DNA of 64,000 nt from Candidatus Bathyarchaeota archaeon (GTDB taxonomy: Archaea > Thermoproteota > Bathyarchaeia > Bathyarchaeales > DTEX01). Below the pieces are notes generated by a model that saw only the letters and a program-made list of their open reading frames with translations, searched no databases and had not been told where the DNA came from. Below are positions 27,796 through 37,135 of the stretch, in pieces (position 1 is the stretch's first letter; every line of letters starts with the position of its first letter). Where the stretch lies: positions 63,844-127,843 of the forward strand of contig JAGTQF010000001.1 of NCBI GenBank assembly GCA_018396655.1, read 5' to 3'. The position numbers and the translations under genes are program-made.

Positions 27796-29514
27796 ATGCC
27801 AGGAGCATTAAACGAGAAATTTATAAAAGACTTGGTTGATGTCTCCCTTAACGAGATTTCCCCAGAGAATGCTGTTGCCATGATGATTTATGGACCTTTT
27901 GCCAGCGGATATGCTGATGAAAAAGTTGCCATAGATATTCTAGTAATTACGAGCTCGGAGAATTTTGTATTAAGCAGCTCCTCTAGGCTTATAGGTCCTC
28001 ATAGAACCCGCATATTAATGTCTGGCAGAAAAATTTTTGAGATGGATGTTGAGAGCGGATGGCTGGGCGGTCTACTTGCCGAAAACCTGTTGACCCCCTA
28101 CCAACCACTATTAAACCAAGACTATTTATGGAACCAGGAGGTAAAGGCTAAGAAGAGGATAATCGATGAGATTTTAAATAACCTTATTCTGGGCTTTCCA
28201 GAGATGTCAAAGCTATTTATGCTTAAGCCAGAATATTTCATGTTTGAGGCGATGGCTCGTAGGGCAGCCTTATTCCCCCTCTTAACTTATAGGTTTCTTA
28301 ATGTTTTGAGAGGTGACTTGAGAGAGAGGAATTGTTCTCTCGTGATGAGGGGTTTTGAGGCTGCAATAAAGGAGTTAAGTGATGAGGGGAAGATTTATTG
28401 GGCTGATGGTTTCCTGAAAATCTCTGAGGAATATATTAATTCGTTGCGAAATAAAGGCGCTCTTAACTTAATAAGCATATTTAGGAAGATACGCATCAAT
28501 ATCATTCGATACGTGCTTAGGATTCTGCCGTCAATAATGGAGGGGCTCTTAGATGACTATAAAATTTATAGGTCTCGCTCACATGTACTTAGGGAGAAGA
28601 ATTTTGGGCCTAAAATAGGTGGGCTTGAGGACCCAAAAAGATACATATTTATTCCAACCGCCTCCGGAGTATTGCCCTTTAACGAAAAAATTACTGTAAA
28701 TAAGTTTTTAGAGGAGAATATGCCAAAGGAATATGCTTTAAAGCGTAGCATTAAAAGACTGGGCGGCGTCTTAAATAACGCATATAAGCTTAGAATTGTG
28801 CATGATGGCAAAGAGAATAACCTCGTGGTTAAAGTGTTTAATGACTGGTACGGTTGGAAATGGTTCCCTCTTGCACTTTGGGCTTTGGGAACAAGGGGTT
28901 TTGCCGTGCTAGGCAGGGCCAGGCTTGAGAGAGAATATGCCATAAACATGTATCTCTCAAGTCATGGCATAAACGTTCCAAAAATAATCTACATAAGCCC
29001 CGGTGAGAAATTAATCTTCCAGGAATATATTGAGGGGCGCAGCGCATCCGAAATAATTAGGCAGGTATGCAAAGTGAAAAGCGGGGATGAGAGAGACCGC
29101 TTACTCGGGATTATTAGGAGAATTGGAGGGGAGATTGCGAGAATTCATGCGTTTGGCATATCCCTAGGGGACTGTAAGCCGGAAAACATTATATTATCAT
29201 CTGATGGGAGAATATTTTTTGTAGACCTTGAGCAGGCTGGGAAAAATGGGGACCAGGCTTGGGATATAGCTGAATTTCTATATTATTCCGGGCATGATTT
29301 CATTTTCTCGTCCCCAAAGATTGTTGAGATGGTTGCGAGGGAATTTATTTCTGGGTATTTGGAGGCTCATGGAAAAATTGAGAATGTTAGGAAGGCGACT
29401 TCCTTAAAATACGTGAAGGTTTTCAGCTTCTTTACACCACCACACATACTATTCGTCACATCATCGGTTTGCAGGAAAATCGTAAAGGAGTATGTAGTCA
29501 AAGAGATGGGTTAA
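27796..29514 (+). CDS. Nucleotidyltransferase-like domain fused to a Bud32/Kdo/RIO-like kinase domain
   Basis: N-terminal YG....GYA.....DILV; C-terminal VVKVF, EYIEG, H..G...GDCKPENI, DLEQ. Confidence 0.8.
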   Translation: MPGALNEKFIKDLVDVSLNEISPENAVAMMIYGPFASGYADEKVAIDILVITSSENFVLSSSSRLIGPHRTRILMSGRKIFEMDVESGWLGGLLAENLLTPYQPLLNQDYLWNQEVKAKKRIIDEILNNLILGFPEMSKLFMLKPEYFMFEAMARRAALFPLLTYRFLNVLRGDLRERNCSLVMRGFEAAIKELSDEGKIYWADGFLKISEEYINSLRNKGALNLISIFRKIRINIIRYVLRILPSIMEGLLDDYKIYRSRSHVLREKNFGPKIGGLEDPKRYIFIPTASGVLPFNEKITVNKFLEENMPKEYALKRSIKRLGGVLNNAYKLRIVHDGKENNLVVKVFNDWYGWKWFPLALWALGTRGFAVLGRARLEREYAINMYLSSHGINVPKIIYISPGEKLIFQEYIEGRSASEIIRQVCKVKSGDERDRLLGIIRRIGGEIARIHAFGISLGDCKPENIILSSDGRIFFVDLEQAGKNGDQAWDIAEFLYYSGHDFIFSSPKIVEMVAREFISGYLEAHGKIENVRKATSLKYVKVFSFFTPPHILFVTSSVCRKIVKEYVVKEMG

Positions 29515-29520
29515 GCGATT

Positions 29521-30858
29521 TTGGTGATTAGTTTGGTGGCGAGCATCATTTTTTATGGTGGTGTGAATGAAGTTGGTGGTAATAAGATACTCGTAAGAGA
29601 CGATGATACGAGTATCCTATTTGATTTTGGGGTATCATTTAAGCTTAGAGACAGCTTTTATTCGGCGCCATTCCTCTCACCGAAGAGTGGCTTAGACCTA
29701 GTTAAGCTAGGGATACTCCCAGATTTGAAAGGAGCCTACTATTTCGAGGACTCCGCACCGGAGATAGATGCCGTTTTCCTTTCCCACTCACACATGGATC
29801 ACTCAGCCCACATATCATTTCTTAAAAGGGAAATACCAGTATACTGCGGTGAAACAACAGCGACCATACTTAGCGCCTTAAGTAATGTTCATACAGCAAA
29901 CATAGAGTTCAACCTTAAGGGGATGAGATTTAAGACCTTCAGAACTGGTAATAAAATTAAAGTTGGTTCCATAGAGATTAGGCCGATTCACGTTGACCAC
30001 TCTGTTCCAGGCTCATATGGCTTCATAATTCATACGTCCTCGGGCACTATCGTTTATACCGGAGACTTTAGGCTACATGGTCTAAAACCCGAGCTGACAG
30101 AGGATTTCATTTCAGCAGCATCCAAAGAGCAGCCGGATGTGGTGGTTTGCGAGAATACAAATATGACTGAGGTGGAATTCTCCTCAGAGAGCGAGGTCAT
30201 GGCGAAACTTAATCGTATAATTGGTGGGACATCTGGTATAGTTCTGACAGAATTTGCCTATGCAGATGTTGACAGGTTAAGGTCTTTTCATGAGGTGGCA
30301 GTGGCAAATAACAGGCAGCTTGTAATATCATTAAGGCAGGCTTATATACTACATAAGCTTAGCGGCGACCCCCATCTAAATATGCCGAGACTTAAGGATG
30401 GAAATATTCTTGTATTCCAAAAGGAGAAGAGAAGGCATTTTAGATGGGAGCAGGAAATAATGGATACAAGTGAGACTATTAGTCCAACCGAGGTCTCTAG
30501 GAGACAGAGCGGAATAATACTGTTTATGTCTTTCTTCGATTTGAACTGGCTTGTCGACATAAACCCTTCGCCTGGAAGCTGCTATATACTCTCGGCTTCA
30601 GAGCCATTTAATGAGGAGATGGAGATAGACTTCGAGAGATTGCTGAACTGGCTTGAACATTACGGCCTACCACAATATCACATCCATGTCTCAGGTCATA
30701 TAACCCCATTACACCTGAGAGAAGCACTAAAGGCGATTAGACCGAGAAAGATATTTCCCATCCATGGAGAGCGTCCAAAACTTTTCAGTAAATTTATGGG
30801 AGACCTGGATAGCAAAATAATTATGCCAGAAAAAGAGAAAGTTTATGAAATTATCTAG
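29521..30858 (+). CDS. MBL-fold/beta-CASP ribonuclease, RNase J-like
   Basis: GGVNEVGGN, SHSHMDH, DHSVPG, YTGDFR, HVSGH, PIHGE. Confidence 0.9.
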   Translation: MVISLVASIIFYGGVNEVGGNKILVRDDDTSILFDFGVSFKLRDSFYSAPFLSPKSGLDLVKLGILPDLKGAYYFEDSAPEIDAVFLSHSHMDHSAHISFLKREIPVYCGETTATILSALSNVHTANIEFNLKGMRFKTFRTGNKIKVGSIEIRPIHVDHSVPGSYGFIIHTSSGTIVYTGDFRLHGLKPELTEDFISAASKEQPDVVVCENTNMTEVEFSSESEVMAKLNRIIGGTSGIVLTEFAYADVDRLRSFHEVAVANNRQLVISLRQAYILHKLSGDPHLNMPRLKDGNILVFQKEKRRHFRWEQEIMDTSETISPTEVSRRQSGIILFMSFFDLNWLVDINPSPGSCYILSASEPFNEEMEIDFERLLNWLEHYGLPQYHIHVSGHITPLHLREALKAIRPRKIFPIHGERPKLFSKFMGDLDSKIIMPEKEKVYEII

Positions 30859-31319
30859 AACTGCTCATATCTCCATGCAACTATTTCTTCTTCATGCAGT
30901 ACGTAGGCGTCGCATGCTACTGGTCCCCAAGTCCACTCTTTAGTTGTTGGGTTCCAGAGATACCATATCCAATATCTGTTTGGGTCTCCGCCTACGCCGT
31001 TTATGTGGGTTACGAAGACACCATATTGCCCAGTTATATATTCCACTTTAGCCACTCTCCTAATTGCCTCAAAGAGCGTGGACTCTCTTTGGACTAGAGT
31101 CCCATTATACCACTTCGCTGTTCCATTTCCATAGTCGATTAGAATATTAACTGGCATCAGTAATCTCTTGAGGTCTTCGGCCGCCCTTTCGTAGAGCCGC
31201 TTATACCGCTCGCTCTCGTTGTAATAGTATGCTGCCACATAGATGGATATTATTAGAAGGCACACCAACCCTAAAGAAATCCACATCCAGAGACCTTTTG
31301 CACCAGTCCTCTCACTCAT
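30855..31319 (-). CDS. Membrane-anchored DUF4430 (transcobalamin C-terminal-like) protein
   Basis: N-terminal TM helix; YGVFVTHING...YW..Y...G......L...E...W.Y. Confidence 0.8.
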   Translation of the reverse strand: MSERTGAKGLWMWISLGLVCLLIISIYVAAYYYNESERYKRLYERAAEDLKRLLMPVNILIDYGNGTAKWYNGTLVQRESTLFEAIRRVAKVEYITGQYGVFVTHINGVGGDPNRYWIWYLWNPTTKEWTWGPVACDAYVLHEEEIVAWRYEQF

Positions 31320-31911
31320 ATTTTCTCACCCCCATAAATACTAATTTCTTAATCAGGGTAACCAGACTGCTAAAGCCGAAAAAGAAGAAAAAGAAGTTTG
31401 ATATTTCATGGGCTAATGCAAAGGCTATACCTTGCAATATAACTGCTATAAGCGGTATGCCAAACACAATTCCAGTCACAATGTTCGTAAATAAATCATA
31501 AATGAAGGTTAGAAGGAAGCCAATTATTCCAAACTTCAAGTTCACCAACCAGATTTTATCATCATTCGTGTTCATGGATGATAGCTCTGAGCCAAGACCA
31601 AACTTCGCAGAAAGCCCACCAACAATCCCATATAGGCTCTCACCTACACATGTGGCGGCAAGAGTTGGCAGATTAAATCCTCTTGGATTTAGGGTTCCAT
31701 ATATAAGCCATGTTAAGATGCCGACAATAGCTCCTGGAACAGCACCCATCACATACCCGCTAATGAAAACAAATAAATCCATGAACTTAACATTTGGAAT
31801 CCACAACATGGCATAATTCGACGCCAAATTAATTGCCGTAATCATTATTATTAGGCTTAAATTTTTCGTTGAGAGCGATGGAAGTTTCATTATATTGGAT
31901 GGATAATCCAT
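31312..31911 (-). CDS. ECF transporter S component, CbrT-like, probable cobalamin uptake
   Basis: IPNVKFMD, GYVMG, H..SN motifs; overlaps the DUF4430 gene. Confidence 0.75.
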   Translation of the reverse strand: MDYPSNIMKLPSLSTKNLSLIIMITAINLASNYAMLWIPNVKFMDLFVFISGYVMGAVPGAIVGILTWLIYGTLNPRGFNLPTLAATCVGESLYGIVGGLSAKFGLGSELSSMNTNDDKIWLVNLKFGIIGFLLTFIYDLFTNIVTGIVFGIPLIAVILQGIAFALAHEISNFFFFFFGFSSLVTLIKKLVFMGVRKYE

Positions 31912-31984
31912 CCAATATAAAAACCTTATTCCTCAATAAATCTAAATTCTATAAGCAAAAATATGTAGAGTTGGAGGGCAGAGA

Positions 31985-32848
31985 ATGGTTGAGGATTTGA
32001 GGCGTAGGCTTGCTCTTCTGGAGAACGAGGTTAATGTTTTGAGGTCTGAGATTGAGAAGGTTAGTGGGGAAGCTCGTTTGATTGCTGAGGAGAGGAACCG
32101 TATTAATGCTAGGGTTAAGGAGTTGAGGGTTGAGGCTGCGAACTTTAGGGATAAGCGTAACGCTCTAAATGAGGAAGTTAGGGGCTTGAAGGTTATGTTA
32201 GGTGAGCTTAGGCGGGAATACGATGAGAGGGTGAATGCTCTTAGGGAGTTGAGGCAGAGGATTAAAGAGCATTTAAGGGCTAAACCATCGAGGGATGAGG
32301 AGAGCCTAAAGAAAGAAATCGCCGAATTAGATTGGAGGATTCAAACAACCCCTCTGTCTCTTGATGAGGAGAAGAGGATTATTGAGCGTATTAGGACACT
32401 TGAGTCTCAACTATCATTCTATTTAAAACTGAACTCTATGAGAGACGAGATTTCAGCTATTGAGAAGCGTCTGGAGACTCTTCGGGAAGAGATTTCTTCC
32501 TGCAAGAACAGGATTGCTGAGACCATTGCTAAAAGCCAAGATTTTCATGATAAAATGGTTGAACGCCTTAAAGAGGTGGGTAGATTGAGGGCTGAGGCCG
32601 ATGAGCTACATAAGAAGTATCTGGAGAAGAGAGGGAAGGTTGATGAGCTCCGCCTTAAATATAGGGAGTCGCTCAACCAGATTTCAGCTATAAGAAAGAT
32701 TATTCGTGAGGAGGAAGAGCGTAAGAAGGCTGAGTTTATATCTGCTCTTAAAGAGAAAATTGGGAAAGAAGCCCTAGAGAAGCTTAAGCGTGGAGAAAAA
32801 ATCTCCTTTGAGGAGTTTAAGATTTTGGCGGAGCAGGGGAAGATATGA
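31985..32848 (+). CDS. Archaeal coiled-coil protein (COG1340-like)
   Basis: Heptad-rich; WRIQTTPLSLDEEK and KLKRGEKISFEE motifs; typical partner of DUF373. Confidence 0.8.
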   Translation: MVEDLRRRLALLENEVNVLRSEIEKVSGEARLIAEERNRINARVKELRVEAANFRDKRNALNEEVRGLKVMLGELRREYDERVNALRELRQRIKEHLRAKPSRDEESLKKEIAELDWRIQTTPLSLDEEKRIIERIRTLESQLSFYLKLNSMRDEISAIEKRLETLREEISSCKNRIAETIAKSQDFHDKMVERLKEVGRLRAEADELHKKYLEKRGKVDELRLKYRESLNQISAIRKIIREEEERKKAEFISALKEKIGKEALEKLKRGEKISFEEFKILAEQGKI

Positions 32849-32946
32849 GTGGGATAAATATTTGGCTAATAGGTTAAGTTAAACTTTATCTTTAACGATT
32901 TACTTAATCTATATGACACCCTGTTTATGTTTATGGGAGAGAATCA

Positions 32947-34167
32947 ATGCTTAATAGAGAGGAGCAGGGAGAAGAGATAGAGCGCATATTAGTGGTATGC
33001 GTTGATAGAGATAATGATGTTGGGAGAAAGGCTGGTGTTAAAACACCAATTTTCGGAAAGAAGGAGAATATCGACGCAGCGCTTAAGCTTCTCTTGGCAG
33101 ACCCTGAAGAGGCTGATGCTAACGCTATGTTTGAGGCTGTTAGAATATGCGACAGCCTAGAGAAGAGTAGTTCAGGTAGTCTCCTCTGTCAAGTCGTAAC
33201 GATAGCTGGCTCTGAACTCGGCGGTATTGCGGCTGACAGAAAACTGATTGCGGAGCTTAATGAGGCTCTCAAAGAGTTTAAGCCCAGTAGCCTAATTCTA
33301 GTTACGGATGGCTTCTCGGATAAAGATGTTCTGCCCCTAATTCAATCGAGGGTTCCAGTTACCTCCGTGAGGAGGGTTATTGTGAAGCACAGTGAGGCGA
33401 TAGAGGAGACTGCAGCTCTTCTCTCCAGATACCTTAGAAAGATAGTTGAGGACCCAAGATATTCCCGTATATTTATGGGTTTACCCGGCGTTCTACTAAT
33501 AATGCTTGGTGTTCTCTCTCTTCTCGCAGTCTTTATACGATATGATATTTGGATGTGGGCTTGGATTTTCGGCCTTATAATTGTTGGGAGCTACCTGTTT
33601 GGTAAGGGCTATGGTTTAGATAAAAAGATAGCGTCAGCAATAATGAAGATTTCACTGCCCCATGGATTGGTGTCCGGCTCATCCTTAGTCTTTGGCATTC
33701 TACTAATAATAGTAGGGCTTTACCAATCTATTTCCCAGATAACCTCAAATCCCGATGTTATTCCAAATCCTCCGCCTAGCGATTTAAATATTTGGCTGAG
33801 CCTCATGCCCAGAATTCTCGGATTAATCATCTCTATGTCAATAACAATAGTGGTCATTGGTTTCTCAATTATTCTGTTCGGTAGAGCCCTCAGATACATC
33901 CTTGAGCGGGATTCAAGATTTTGGAGGACTATAATCTTCATAGCGGTTTGCGCGTGGTCTTGGAAAATCTTTAACGAGGCTGCTGAAATACTGATTAATC
34001 CGTTACTGCCTTTAGATGATTTAATAGCATCAATAATTATTGGTGTGGTGATAGCTGCTGCGCTGATACCCATTACCCACTTTTTGAGTAAGAAATATAG
34101 GGTTTTCTTTAGAGAAAATAGTAGAGTGCAACAGAATATTGAGGAAGAAGAAAAAGGGAAGAGATGA
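32947..34167 (+). CDS. DUF373 family membrane protein
   Basis: LVVCVDRDNDVG, DPEEADAN, VTDG..D, VRRVIVKHS; multiple TM helices. Confidence 0.88.
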   Translation: MLNREEQGEEIERILVVCVDRDNDVGRKAGVKTPIFGKKENIDAALKLLLADPEEADANAMFEAVRICDSLEKSSSGSLLCQVVTIAGSELGGIAADRKLIAELNEALKEFKPSSLILVTDGFSDKDVLPLIQSRVPVTSVRRVIVKHSEAIEETAALLSRYLRKIVEDPRYSRIFMGLPGVLLIMLGVLSLLAVFIRYDIWMWAWIFGLIIVGSYLFGKGYGLDKKIASAIMKISLPHGLVSGSSLVFGILLIIVGLYQSISQITSNPDVIPNPPPSDLNIWLSLMPRILGLIISMSITIVVIGFSIILFGRALRYILERDSRFWRTIIFIAVCAWSWKIFNEAAEILINPLLPLDDLIASIIIGVVIAAALIPITHFLSKKYRVFFRENSRVQQNIEEEEKGKR

Positions 34168-34974
34168 ATGAGAGCGGCCGACGAAAAGATTGCTGATATT
34201 GCAATTATAGGCGGCACGGGATTAGAGGAGCTTTTTGAGGGTTTTGAAGCAATTAATGTTGGGACACCCTATGGTCTATCATACACGATATTTATTGGAG
34301 AGATTCATGGTAGGAGAGTTGCCTTCCTTCCAAGGCACGGCAAGAAGCATAGTATCCCACCGCACAAAATTAATTACAGAGCTAACATATATGCGCTCCA
34401 TAAAATTGGTGTCGAGAGAATCATAGCGACCAACGCCGTTGGAGCAATAAACCTAAATTTTAAGCCCGGTGACTTGGTGGTTCCACATGATTTGGTGGAC
34501 TTCACAAAGCAGCGCCAATTAACATTCTATGACCAAGCCCCGGTTGTGCATGTGGATTTTACTGAGCCATACTGTCCGGAGGTCCGCAAAGTTCTTATTG
34601 AAAAAGCTAGGGACGAGACTGGAGCGGTGCATGAGAAGGCTGTTTATGTTTGCACTGAAGGGCCGCGTTTTGAGACCCCAGCTGAAATCAGGATGTTTAG
34701 GGCTCTTGGATGTGATATTGTTGGGATGACCGGTGTGCCGGAGTCAATTCTTGCACGTGAGCTTGGAATGTGCTATGCAACGATATGCTTTGTCTCAAAT
34801 ATGGCTGCTGGAATATCCGGAAAATTAACATATGAGGAGGTTTTGGAAATCTCGAGAATTGTTATGCCGAAGATTCGGAGGATTATTGTGGCTGCAATCA
34901 GCGCTTTACCTAAGATTAGGGGTTGTAGCTGCCCATCGGCTTTGGCTAGTGGGAAACCATCTGGAGGAGCATAG
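34168..34974 (+). CDS. mtnP: S-methyl-5'-thioadenosine/thioinosine phosphorylase
   Basis: IIGGTG, FLPRHG, PPHKINYRAN, EGPRFET, VGMT, SNMAAG. Confidence 0.92.
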   Translation: MRAADEKIADIAIIGGTGLEELFEGFEAINVGTPYGLSYTIFIGEIHGRRVAFLPRHGKKHSIPPHKINYRANIYALHKIGVERIIATNAVGAINLNFKPGDLVVPHDLVDFTKQRQLTFYDQAPVVHVDFTEPYCPEVRKVLIEKARDETGAVHEKAVYVCTEGPRFETPAEIRMFRALGCDIVGMTGVPESILARELGMCYATICFVSNMAAGISGKLTYEEVLEISRIVMPKIRRIIVAAISALPKIRGCSCPSALASGKPSGGA

Positions 34975-34975
34975 A

Positions 34976-35758
34976 ATGCTTAAGACCTTATTATCACTAC
35001 TTGGGATTTACAAAATTTACGAGAGGTGGCTCTGGCACCAGATAAAAAACCATAATAAGCCGGAGCACATAGCCATAATTTTGGATGGGAATCGCAGATG
35101 GGCGCAGGAGAGCGGGCTTGAGCCCTGGATGGGCCATTATTATGGGGCTGACAAAACTAAGGATGTTCTAAAATGGTGTCTCGATTTAAATGTTAAAAGC
35201 ATAACGCTTTATGCCTTCTCGACGGAAAACTTCCAGAGACCGCGGGAGGAGGTTGAGAAGCTTATGCAATTATTTAAAGAGAAGCTCAAGGAGGTTCTGG
35301 AGAGCGAGGAGATACATAAGCATGAGGTTAGAGTGAAGGTTATTGGAAGGGTTCATCTGCTACCACCCGACCTTCAAGAGATGATTAGGATGGTTGAGGA
35401 GAAGACAAAAGATTATAATAAGCATTTTCTGAATTTGGCTATAGCCTATGGTGGAAGGGCTGAAATAATTGATGCAGCAAAGAAGATAGCCCAAAAGGTT
35501 GCTGCTGGAGAGCTTTCACTTGAAGATATAGATGAGAGGGTTTTTGAGCAGCACCTATACACGGCTTTTCTCCCAAAACAGGACCCAGACCTAATTATAC
35601 GGACATCTGGCGAGGAGCGCCTAAGCGGCTTTCTGCTTTATCAGGCAGCTTATAGCGAGCTATGCTTCCTCGACGTTTATTGGCCTGAGTTTAGGCGCAT
35701 AGACCTACTGAGGGCTATCAGAACATATCAGAGGCGCAAGAGGAGGTTTGGTAGGTAG
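34976..35758 (+). CDS. uppS: cis-Polyprenyl diphosphate synthase
   Basis: HIAIILDGNRRWA, YAFSTENF, YGGRAEI, IRTSGEERLSGF; ATG at 34976 behind GGAGG. Confidence 0.95.
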   Translation: MLKTLLSLLGIYKIYERWLWHQIKNHNKPEHIAIILDGNRRWAQESGLEPWMGHYYGADKTKDVLKWCLDLNVKSITLYAFSTENFQRPREEVEKLMQLFKEKLKEVLESEEIHKHEVRVKVIGRVHLLPPDLQEMIRMVEEKTKDYNKHFLNLAIAYGGRAEIIDAAKKIAQKVAAGELSLEDIDERVFEQHLYTAFLPKQDPDLIIRTSGEERLSGFLLYQAAYSELCFLDVYWPEFRRIDLLRAIRTYQRRKRRFGR

Positions 35759-35774
35759 AACCCTCCCTAAGTGT

Positions 35775-36980
35775 CTAAGCCCTTTTCTTGGCGCTCACGA
35801 TAGATATGACATCTCCATCCTTAAGCGCATAGTCTTCTCCAAGCCTCCTCTTTGTCCGCGCATCCACAGCATATATAAAACTCTCTCCAAGCTCCGTATG
35901 AATCATGTAGGCTAATTCCCTAGCTGTAGTGCCACCGGGCACAAGCCTAGCCTCCGGTAGAACCCTACCATAATGATCCGTAAGTTTCTCTGGGTCCTCA
36001 ACTGGATAAACAACGACCATGTTTAGGAGCTTTTTAAAGGCTGCATTTATCGCTTCTTGAACACCTGTTGAGCCATATCGGTCAAGAATCCTCTCCTTAA
36101 TGGTCTTAAGTGCGCTTTTCTGCTTCTCATTGATACCGCTGGACTCAAGTATCTCAAAGCTTGAGCTGCCGGGTATATAATTGATTAATCCTTTCTCTGC
36201 AGCTCTCCTCAGGGCTAGCTCAGCCTCAGCGCAGCATGGTATAACTAGATAGCCGGTTTCTTTAAGTCTCTCAAGATTCTCCTCAGCGAATGGTAAATCC
36301 ACCTTATTTGCGGCTATTAGCATGGGCTTTGAGATTCTCCTCAACGCGTCCACAAAATTTAGGAAGTCGTTCTCGTTCCATCTTGTCGGCTTATCGGCGT
36401 TAAGGCCAGTAACCTTTAATGCCTCAAGTATATGTCTCTTCTTTATCGCTAGGCCGCTCAGCCGCTCCTCCAAGAGTGATGGTAGATTGGCGGCCCCAGA
36501 CTCAACTGTTCTAGCAAGCCTAGGCCAATCCCTCCTTATAATCTGCGCAAACCACATCGTTAGCTCCTTCTCAAGGAACTTCACATCCTCTAGGGGGTCG
36601 TGCATTCCTGGCTTGATAAGTCTGCCCTCTATATCGGTTGAGCCCGATGCATCGACAACATGTATCAGCGCATCAGCCTTCCTAATCTCATCTAGAAATT
36701 GGTTTCCAAGCCCCCTGCCCTGCCATGCGTCTGGAACTAAACCAGCGCAATCAATAAGCTCAACTGGTATTAGTCTCACACCATCAACACATACAGAGTT
36801 AACTGGATTATCCTTAACATTAAATTCTCTACATACGCATTGGGTTTTAAAGTAACCGATGCCTCTGTTAGGCTTTATGGTGGTGAAGGGGTAGCTTGCA
36901 ATCTCAACGGTTGCTAATGTTGCAGCACTAAAAAATGTGGACTTACCAACATTAGGCTTACCAACAATGCCAACCATCAT
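35775..36980 (-). CDS. ychF: YchF/OLA1-like ribosome-associated ATPase/GTPase with TGS domain
   Basis: GKPNVGKST, YPFTT, DCAGLV, NKVD, C-terminal TGS domain. Confidence 0.93.
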   Translation of the reverse strand: MMVGIVGKPNVGKSTFFSAATLATVEIASYPFTTIKPNRGIGYFKTQCVCREFNVKDNPVNSVCVDGVRLIPVELIDCAGLVPDAWQGRGLGNQFLDEIRKADALIHVVDASGSTDIEGRLIKPGMHDPLEDVKFLEKELTMWFAQIIRRDWPRLARTVESGAANLPSLLEERLSGLAIKKRHILEALKVTGLNADKPTRWNENDFLNFVDALRRISKPMLIAANKVDLPFAEENLERLKETGYLVIPCCAEAELALRRAAEKGLINYIPGSSSFEILESSGINEKQKSALKTIKERILDRYGSTGVQEAINAAFKKLLNMVVVYPVEDPEKLTDHYGRVLPEARLVPGGTTARELAYMIHTELGESFIYAVDARTKRRLGEDYALKDGDVISIVSAKKRA

Positions 36981-37090
36981 GTGATTATTTTCCTCCAAAT
37001 AGGAGAATGCTGATTGGCATAAATGAGCATTCCGGTTGTAAGCTGCTAGGCGGATTAATTATATAGTTTAAGAGGAAGGAGGGGCTCTTA

Positions 37091-37111
37091 AGTTGATAGG
37101 GAGGTATCATC
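37091..37111. repeat. Palindromic site A: AGTTGATA-GGGAGG-TATCATC
   Basis: Same arms as the site at 53885-53905, spacer reverse-complemented; intergenic. Confidence 0.7.
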
Positions 37112-37135
37112 CAGAAGGGGTTTACGATTAAATTC

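Noticed and set aside
31378..31397. Poly-Phe / A-rich run in the ECF gene as a phase-variation tract
   Set aside because: The run uses mixed TTC/TTT codons within a TM helix and the reading frame is intact
34832..34975. 48-aa N-terminal extension of uppS in the ORF track
   Set aside because: It overlaps mtnP out of frame; an SD-supported ATG lies at 34976
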